Shown here piece by piece: positions 57,753 to 64,000 of a stretch of 64,000 bases of DNA. The first letter of the stretch is position 1. Every line of letters begins with the position of its first letter. Under the pieces are notes generated by a model that was given only the letters and a program-made list of their open reading frames with translations, was not told the DNA's origin and made no database searches. The position numbers and the translations under genes are program-made. The stretch comes from an uncultured Eubacteriaceae bacterium (GTDB lineage: Bacteria > Bacillota > Clostridia > Eubacteriales > UBA1433), in contig CAZOOZ010000009.1 in the NCBI GenBank assembly GCA_964581565.1, forward strand, positions 16,145 to 80,144. Reading direction: 5' to 3'.

Positions 57753-59813
57753 ATGTTATTTTATTTTAACGTTGAAAATGTTGAATTAATAAATATAAAA
57801 GGTGTAGCCCAGAAGAGAAAAAATGCCTTGAATCAATTGGGCATTTTTTCTCTTTATGATCTTTTTATGTATATCCCAAAAAGTTATGATGATCGAAGAG
57901 AAATCAGCAATATTAAAAATATTAAAAATGATCGGTATGCAGGAATTATTGTAACGGTTTTGGATAAGCCACGTGTAAGATATTTAGGAAAAGCAAAGAA
58001 TATCACTAAGCTTAAGGTGAAAAATGAGAATATTAAAGGAGAAATCATTTTTTTTAATGCTCCTTATAACGCAGATAGATTCGCACTAAATCAAGAGTTT
58101 TATATATATGGAAAAATTATCATTGAGAAAAACACCTTCAAGGTTTTTAATCCTATATCAGTCGGTCAACTTTCTGATTTGTCTGCTAAATTGCAAATTG
58201 TTCCGCAATACAGACTAGGCAGTATAAATTTACCGCAAAATGTCATGTGCAAAATCCAAAAAAATGCTTTTAATCAATTTTTTGTTCATCTAAACGATAT
58301 CTTAACAAATGATATGTTACATGAGTTTGATTTAATGAATATAAAAGATACATTATATTGCCTACATTTTCCCAGGGATATTTATGATATAAAAAGAGCG
58401 AAAGATAGGCTGGCATTTGATGAATTATTTTCAGCCATTCTTTATCTGAATATAGAGAAAAAAGAACGCACAAAGCAAAAAAATGATTATATCATTAAGA
58501 AAGATATTTTCGGCGAGTTCAAACAATGTTTAAATTTTGAATTAACTTGTGCACAAGTGGATGCCATGCGCGATATTTTTGCAGATATGAGTCAGGAAAA
58601 GCACGTAATGAGCCGGCTGATACAAGGAGATGTAGGGTGTGGGAAGACAGTTATTGCTTTTTACGCACTTTTGCTTGCAGTGTTAAATAACAATCAGGCT
58701 GTAATGGCTGCACCTACCGAAGTACTTGCAAAACAACATTATGAAAATATCGCAATTTTTGCCGAAAGATTCAATATTAAAACAGTTCTCCTCACATCTT
58801 CGTTAAAAAAGAATGAGAGAGAAAAAATAAAAGCAATTCTGAATAAAGAAGGAAAAGTTATAGCGATCGGTACACATGCTTTATTTTCCGAAGATATTTT
58901 ATATCATAATTTAGCCTTGGTTGTTACAGATGAGCAACATAAATTCGGAGTAGCCCAAAGAGTCAAATTAGCCAATAAAGGCAGAAATCCTCATATTCTC
59001 ATGATGAGTGCTACACCTATACCCAGGACATTATCCTTGGTAATGTATGCACATGTGGATATAAGTATCATTGACACGATGCCTTCGGGAAGAAAACCTG
59101 TTTTAACTTATGCAACAAATTTTGCAAATCAATTAAAACTTTATCAATATATAGAAGAAAAAGTAAAAGTGGGACAACAGTGCTATGTTGTTTGTGCTGC
59201 GATTTACAAGGATGAAGATAATAATATTTTTTCATTATATGAACAACTTGAAGATCTAGAAAAATATTTGAGTAATATCGTAAAAGTAGGTTATTTGCAT
59301 GGCGATATGAGCACACAGGAAAAAGACAGAATCATTGAACAGTTTTCGAATAAACAAATCAGTGTTTTAGTGGCAACAACCGTCATAGAAGTTGGTATTG
59401 ATGTGAAAGACACAACGTTGATTATCATTAACAATGCCGAAAGATTTGGATTGAGCCAGCTTCATCAGTTGCGTGGACGTGTTGGCAGAGGGAACATTCA
59501 ATCGGAATGCATCTTACTGACCGATTATACGTCGGATATTGTAAAACAGCGCATCAATGTGTTAAAGGAATCTTCTGACGGCTTTGAAATCGCCAAGCAG
59601 GATTTAGCTCTAAGAGGGCCTGGGGAAATGTTTGGATATAAACAACACGGTATGTTTAATTTTAAATATGCAGACATATATAATCAGCCGCAATTGCTCT
59701 TTGATGCAAAAAAAGCAGTGGATATAGTATGTTCAAATAAAAAATATAATAAAATAATCGATAAAACAGTAGAAACAATTTATAATACTCAATATAAAAA
59801 TTTAAAAAATTAA
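57753..59813 (+). CDS. recG: ATP-dependent DNA helicase RecG
   Basis: Wedge domain, then GDVGCGKT, DEQHKFG, MSATPIPRT and QLHQLRGRVGRG motifs. Confidence 0.96.
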   Translation: MLFYFNVENVELINIKGVAQKRKNALNQLGIFSLYDLFMYIPKSYDDRREISNIKNIKNDRYAGIIVTVLDKPRVRYLGKAKNITKLKVKNENIKGEIIFFNAPYNADRFALNQEFYIYGKIIIEKNTFKVFNPISVGQLSDLSAKLQIVPQYRLGSINLPQNVMCKIQKNAFNQFFVHLNDILTNDMLHEFDLMNIKDTLYCLHFPRDIYDIKRAKDRLAFDELFSAILYLNIEKKERTKQKNDYIIKKDIFGEFKQCLNFELTCAQVDAMRDIFADMSQEKHVMSRLIQGDVGCGKTVIAFYALLLAVLNNNQAVMAAPTEVLAKQHYENIAIFAERFNIKTVLLTSSLKKNEREKIKAILNKEGKVIAIGTHALFSEDILYHNLALVVTDEQHKFGVAQRVKLANKGRNPHILMMSATPIPRTLSLVMYAHVDISIIDTMPSGRKPVLTYATNFANQLKLYQYIEEKVKVGQQCYVVCAAIYKDEDNNIFSLYEQLEDLEKYLSNIVKVGYLHGDMSTQEKDRIIEQFSNKQISVLVATTVIEVGIDVKDTTLIIINNAERFGLSQLHQLRGRVGRGNIQSECILLTDYTSDIVKQRINVLKESSDGFEIAKQDLALRGPGEMFGYKQHGMFNFKYADIYNQPQLLFDAKKAVDIVCSNKKYNKIIDKTVETIYNTQYKNLKN

Positions 59814-59832
59814 AAAAACATAGGCAGGCGGT

Positions 59833-60378
59833 ATGAGAATTTTAGGAGGAAGCGCAAAAGGCAGGCAAATATTTACGTTAAAAAATGATGATATTCGTCC
59901 AACAGGAGCAAAAGTTAGGGCTGCCATCTTTAACATGATTGCGCCTTATGTTTATGGCAGTGTTTTTTTGGATGCATTTGCGGGAAGCGGAGCAATGGGC
60001 ATTGAATCGTTAAGCAGAGGGGCGAAAAAAAGTGTTTTTATAGATATAAATGCTTCAAGTATCGATATCATTAAGAAAAATGTAAAAAATACTGGATTTG
60101 ATGCAAAAAGTTTTATTTTAAAAGAAAACTTTTTCAATTTTATTAGGCAAAACAACTCTAAATTTGATATAATATTTGCAGATCCGCCATATGCAATGGA
60201 TCAAGTGTGTGATATCCTTTTAAAGATAGAGAAAGCAGATATCCTAAACAATGAAGGTTTATTAATTATAGAGCATGATTATAATGTTGCTATAAATCAA
60301 GGCAGTGCATTGACACTGATAAAGCAAAAAAAATATTCGGCTACAATGGTAAGCATCTATGAGAGGGCGTGTAAATGA
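59833..60378 (+). CDS. rsmD: 16S rRNA (guanine966-N2)-methyltransferase RsmD
   Basis: DAFAGSGAMGIE and ADPPY motifs. Confidence 0.9.
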   Translation: MRILGGSAKGRQIFTLKNDDIRPTGAKVRAAIFNMIAPYVYGSVFLDAFAGSGAMGIESLSRGAKKSVFIDINASSIDIIKKNVKNTGFDAKSFILKENFFNFIRQNNSKFDIIFADPPYAMDQVCDILLKIEKADILNNEGLLIIEHDYNVAINQGSALTLIKQKKYSATMVSIYERACK

Positions 60379-60881
60379 ACATAGCAGTCTATCCGGGAAG
60401 TTTTGATCCGATCACAAACGGACATCTCGATATTATTCACAGAGCTTCAAGATTAGTGGATAAATTATATGTCGCCGTTTTAATTAATAATAAAAAGAAG
60501 TATATGTTTACAGCTTCCGAAAAAGTAGGATTTATTCAAAAATCTTTGCAGGATACTAAAAATATCGAAGTCGTAGCTTATGATGGTTTGTTGGTGGATT
60601 TTTGTAATAAAGTAGGCGCAAAAGCAATTTTTAAAGGTTTGCGCGCAGTGACCGATTTTGAGACAGAAGTGCAAATGGCGCTGATAAATAAACGGCTGGA
60701 GCCAAACATAGAAACGCTTCTTTTGGTTTCGGCAGAAGACTATTCATTTATAAGTTCCAGTATTATTAAAGAAGTTGCATTCTACGGAGGAGATATAACA
60801 GATCTTGTACCTTCGCATGTTAAAGAAGCTATTTTAGAGAAATGGAGGCAGCAAAATGAAAGTAGTAGAATTAATAGATGA
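60375..60881 (+). CDS. coaD: Phosphopantetheine adenylyltransferase
   Basis: AVYPGSFDPITNGHLDII and ISSSIIKE motifs. Confidence 0.96.
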   Translation: MNIAVYPGSFDPITNGHLDIIHRASRLVDKLYVAVLINNKKKYMFTASEKVGFIQKSLQDTKNIEVVAYDGLLVDFCNKVGAKAIFKGLRAVTDFETEVQMALINKRLEPNIETLLLVSAEDYSFISSSIIKEVAFYGGDITDLVPSHVKEAILEKWRQQNESSRINR

Positions 60882-61350
60882 ATTAGAAGAAATAGTAAGA
60901 AGAAGCAACACCGTTCCGCTGTCTAATAAAAAAATAATGATTAATCCTGATGATATAATGGATATCATTGACGAAATTCGAATGAGACTGCCTGAAGAAG
61001 TACTTGAAGCGCGCAGAGTAAAACAAGAAGAAAACAGGATTATAACAGCGGCTCAAACAAAGGCAAAGGCACTTATTGAAAGTGCGGTAAAAAAGCAGAG
61101 AGAATTAATTGATAGCGATGAAGTGGCTAAAAATGCCTATAATCAGGCAGAGCAGACCATAAAAGAAAGTGAAGAAAAAGCAAAAAAAATACTTGCAAAA
61201 GCAGAATCCAATGCTAAGGAGCTTGTCGGCGGAAGTGCAGAATATGCTGAAAGCGTTTTGAAAAAAATTCAGGACGAGCTTAAAAAAATTAATGATGAAT
61301 TAGAAGAAAACAGAAGCCAGTTAAAAAGTATCAAGAGGAAAAATTCTTAA
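60856..61350 (+). CDS. Hypothetical coiled-coil protein
   Basis: 164 aa, Glu/Lys/Ala-rich and helical. It overlaps the coaD 3' end by 26 nt. RBS GGAGG lies within coaD. Confidence 0.6.
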   Translation: MKVVELIDELEEIVRRSNTVPLSNKKIMINPDDIMDIIDEIRMRLPEEVLEARRVKQEENRIITAAQTKAKALIESAVKKQRELIDSDEVAKNAYNQAEQTIKESEEKAKKILAKAESNAKELVGGSAEYAESVLKKIQDELKKINDELEENRSQLKSIKRKNS

Positions 61351-62336
61351 TAAACAAGGATGCATAATGTATAACTGATCAGTGCAGCGATAAAAGGTTG
61401 TACTGATTTGGCTTTTAAATAAGGTGTTTTGCTTAAATCGGCATTGTCTAAAAAAGAAATGCATTGTGCGTGTACACTGAGCCCACCCCAGTTTAATATC
61501 ATAGACGTCAAAATTATTTTCGGGATAAGAGAGATATTCAGCATATATATTTTATCACATCCGCCTGTGATTTCAAAAATCCCCCATAAAAGACTTGTGA
61601 TCATATTTTCAGGCAAGTGTATGCCTGCGGCATTGATAAAAAAATCAATTGTTTCAAATATTCCGGCTGCATTTAAAACACCTACACATATTCCAAAAAA
61701 AACAATATAGCTTCCCACAAGTAAAACCGTATATGTGCTATCGGTAACAGAGGCAATAAATGTTTTCGTAAAATTGATTTTATCAGTCTGGGTAGGTTGT
61801 ATTGAAGTCATCTGCACAATACTGGCTTGACCGGTAAACAAAAGACCTGTGATTAATGCTGACAGAATAGAAGAGATCAGCAAAATAACACCTACCGTAT
61901 TATCGTTGTAAAACAATATGCCGATACTGCTTAACATGAATGCAGGTGAAGTAATAGAGCAAAATGTCGTTATACGAAGAGCGTCTTGATGTGTGATTTT
62001 ATCTTGCACGTATAAATCGGCCGCTATTTTAATGCCTGTCGGCTGACCGCCTAAATATCCGGCTAAAACGGCAAACAGTGAAATAGGCGATACCAAATAT
62101 AATTTAGATAACGGATAAAACACAGGTTTAAGCATATTGATAATACCAAATCGAATGAGAACAGAATTTAAAATGAAAAAAACAAATAAAAAAGGTGCGA
62201 GTTTATTGAGCCATAATAAAAAAGAATATTTTGCGCTTTCATAAGTTTCAATCGGATATTTAAAACAACAAATCAAAAGCAACAAAAAAATACTGCATAC
62301 AATAAATTTCGGAAGTTTTGTTTTTTTCATGTCCAC
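61347..62336 (-). CDS. ylbJ: Sporulation integral membrane protein YlbJ (nucleoside-recognition-domain family)
   Basis: 329-aa polytopic protein. Its position next to coaD and ylbM matches Bacillus ylbI-ylbJ synteny. Confidence 0.75.
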   Translation of the reverse strand: MDMKKTKLPKFIVCSIFLLLLICCFKYPIETYESAKYSFLLWLNKLAPFLFVFFILNSVLIRFGIINMLKPVFYPLSKLYLVSPISLFAVLAGYLGGQPTGIKIAADLYVQDKITHQDALRITTFCSITSPAFMLSSIGILFYNDNTVGVILLISSILSALITGLLFTGQASIVQMTSIQPTQTDKINFTKTFIASVTDSTYTVLLVGSYIVFFGICVGVLNAAGIFETIDFFINAAGIHLPENMITSLLWGIFEITGGCDKIYMLNISLIPKIILTSMILNWGGLSVHAQCISFLDNADLSKTPYLKAKSVQPFIAALISYTLCILVY

Positions 62337-62395
62337 CTCATATTTACTTCATAATAATTTTTATGCTGTAAAATTTGAGGTGATGATAACAGGGC

Positions 62396-63580
62396 TTATC
62401 TATAATAAATTGGAGTATTCCTATAATCGATTCCCTTGCTGCCGTGAATACCCAGTTGAAAAATATCGGATGCCAATAAGTCATAATCGAAAATTTGTTT
62501 GGCGAATCCTTTGCAATGCTTATGATAATTATAAACATTCGATACGGAATTTATATTGTTTTTAATTAAATGGAGATACTGTTGTCCTTTTTTGTTAAAT
62601 CCGAGTATCCGAACATATGGAACCGGATATTCTTTTAGGATATCGTATGAAATATTAAAGCCGGTTAGGATATGGCATAGAGATCTGTTAATCCTGCTTT
62701 TGGTGTGATGTTTATCATAAAGGCAATCAATAAACTCTGATAGTGGCAGAAAATGTCTGAAATTATTGAGTAGCCTGTTGGCGAGGTCTTTTGATATGTC
62801 CGGATAAGAGCATAATTGTTCCGGGGAATGTATCAATATATTTTGATAGAGAATATCTTTATATTTTTTGAGTTCATTGAATGACTGAGATTCCAAACAT
62901 TCATAAATAAAAAAAGGCATATATTTTTTGGCTGCATTATCTTTATTTTTTATCATTTCTCTGATATAAGATGCAGAAGCAAAGGTTTTACCTGATTCTT
63001 TCGAATTATGATTTGAACCGCGGCGTTTAATGGCAAGCGGAGTGATTGAATAATTGTTGATAATGATTTGTTTAATATATTCTATAGCCAAAATATTATT
63101 AGGACTATTTAATAAATCGAATAATTCTGAGTTCATTGCCTCGGCAGCGAGCTGCCGTGCCTTAGCAAATGAGCGGCCGGAAGATAAATGTTTTTTTAAA
63201 AGAGTTTTAAAAGTATTATTTTCTTCGGATAATATTTTTGCAGTATCATATAATTTTTTGATATCATTATTTTCACAGCCAAATGAAATAGTGCGACATT
63301 TTAGTGTGTTTAAAAGATTAACAGCACCGTATGCAAAGATTTCGGCACTTTGGCAACTGTAGGCGAAAGGCAGCATAATAACCAGATCAGCACCACCTTT
63401 AAGTGCCATTTGGGCTCGGTTAAATTTATCTATAATTGCAGGCTCGCCTCGCTGCACAAAATCGCCGCTCATCACACATACAACAACATCTGCACCGGAT
63501 ATTCTTTTACTTTGATTTAAATGATAATAATGTCCGTTATGAAACGGATTATATTCGGCTATAATACCCACAGCTTTCAT
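62396..63580 (-). CDS. tmcAL: tRNA(Met) cytidine acetate ligase TmcAL (YlbM family nucleotidyltransferase)
   Basis: GIIAEYNPFHNGHYYH N-terminus over 394 aa. Confidence 0.88.
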   Translation of the reverse strand: MKAVGIIAEYNPFHNGHYYHLNQSKRISGADVVVCVMSGDFVQRGEPAIIDKFNRAQMALKGGADLVIMLPFAYSCQSAEIFAYGAVNLLNTLKCRTISFGCENNDIKKLYDTAKILSEENNTFKTLLKKHLSSGRSFAKARQLAAEAMNSELFDLLNSPNNILAIEYIKQIIINNYSITPLAIKRRGSNHNSKESGKTFASASYIREMIKNKDNAAKKYMPFFIYECLESQSFNELKKYKDILYQNILIHSPEQLCSYPDISKDLANRLLNNFRHFLPLSEFIDCLYDKHHTKSRINRSLCHILTGFNISYDILKEYPVPYVRILGFNKKGQQYLHLIKNNINSVSNVYNYHKHCKGFAKQIFDYDLLASDIFQLGIHGSKGIDYRNTPIYYR

Positions 63581-63739
63581 CTTATTCCTGCCTATAATTG
63601 ATAATGCTATTATTATATACGATTATAAAGATAAGGAACAGATGTTTTCAGTAAACTAATTTAATTGTTGAAAATAAAAAATGTGTAATATATAATATTA
63701 TGGTGAAAATTTCGAATGAAGCAATTGGAGGATAATTTT

Positions 63740-64000
63740 TTGAAGATTTTAGTAATTAACTGCGGAAGTTCTTCCTTAAAATATCAATTATTTGATATGG
63801 AAGATCAATCTGTGTTGGCAAAAGGACTTGCAGAACGTATAGGTATTGAAGGGTCCATTTTAACACACAAGCCAACAGGAAAAGAAAATGCTGTTTTCCA
63901 ACAGCCAATGAAAGATCATAAAGATGCTTTAAAAATTTTAATGGATGCATTAATTGATCCGGTTTGCGGTGTTATCTCAGATATGAGTGAAATTTCTGCC
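63740..64000 (+). CDS. ackA: Acetate kinase, N-terminal 87 codons; continues beyond the window end
   Basis: TTG start 7 nt after GGAGGA. Translation: (M)[38 protein letters not shown].. Confidence 0.9.
   Translation, partial: MKILVINCGSSSLKYQLFDMEDQSVLAKGLAERIGIEGSILTHKPTGKENAVFQQPMKDHKDALKILMDALIDPVCGVISDMSEISA

Noticed and set aside
1-64000. Scan for CRISPR repeats, IS or transposon ends, integrases, prophage genes, tRNA or rRNA
   Set aside because: I found no periodic direct repeats, no long terminal inverted repeats and no recombinase-like ORFs. No GC-rich structured-RNA islands of tRNA or rRNA type appear in any intergenic region. tRNAscan or Infernal would be needed to exclude small RNAs formally.

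Overview
Low-GC Firmicutes sequence, Clostridia-like and from a spore-former (spoIIP, spoVS and ylbJ are present). It is almost entirely conserved core chromosome. I call about 75 protein-coding genes. I recognise no rRNA, tRNA, CRISPR array, transposase, integrase or phage gene by eye. Order along the window: lon (partial); lepA-hemW; the CIRCE-controlled hrcA-grpE-dnaK-dnaJ operon; maf, an ECF S-component-like gene, a Sir2 deacylase and trkH-trkA on the minus strand; a DUF1537-like/PdxA-like pair; an SPFH/NfeD pair; spoIIP; rpsT; an acyltransferase-gltS pair; the rny-ymdB-spoVS block; an HPr-like gene; gltX; yggS-sepF-ylmH-rluD; ktrAB; rqcH; dapF. A long plus-strand run follows: yicC-remA-gmk-rpoZ-priA-def-fmt-Zn peptidase-rsmB-rlmN-stp-prkC-rsgA-thiN. 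The window ends with rpmB, asp23/yloV/recG, rsmD-coaD, ylbJ, tmcAL and the start of ackA. The only clearly non-core stretch is about 27.3-31.3 kb. It looks AT-rich by eye and carries orphan genes in two divergent operons. One operon holds a tandem family of tiny Cys/Asp/Gly-decorated peptides with two hydrophobic segments (two intact copies, one decayed). The other holds helical and very basic small ORFs plus a pro-subtilisin that lacks a signal peptide. This is my best candidate for something undescribed, most economically a sporulation or spore-envelope module, but the evidence is architecture and context only. A second point of interest is a DUF1537-like protein whose recalled kinase motifs look substituted, coupled to an intact PdxA-like dehydrogenase. 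Refined start codons are offsets from the ORF track. Coordinates of small motifs may be off by 1-2 nt.
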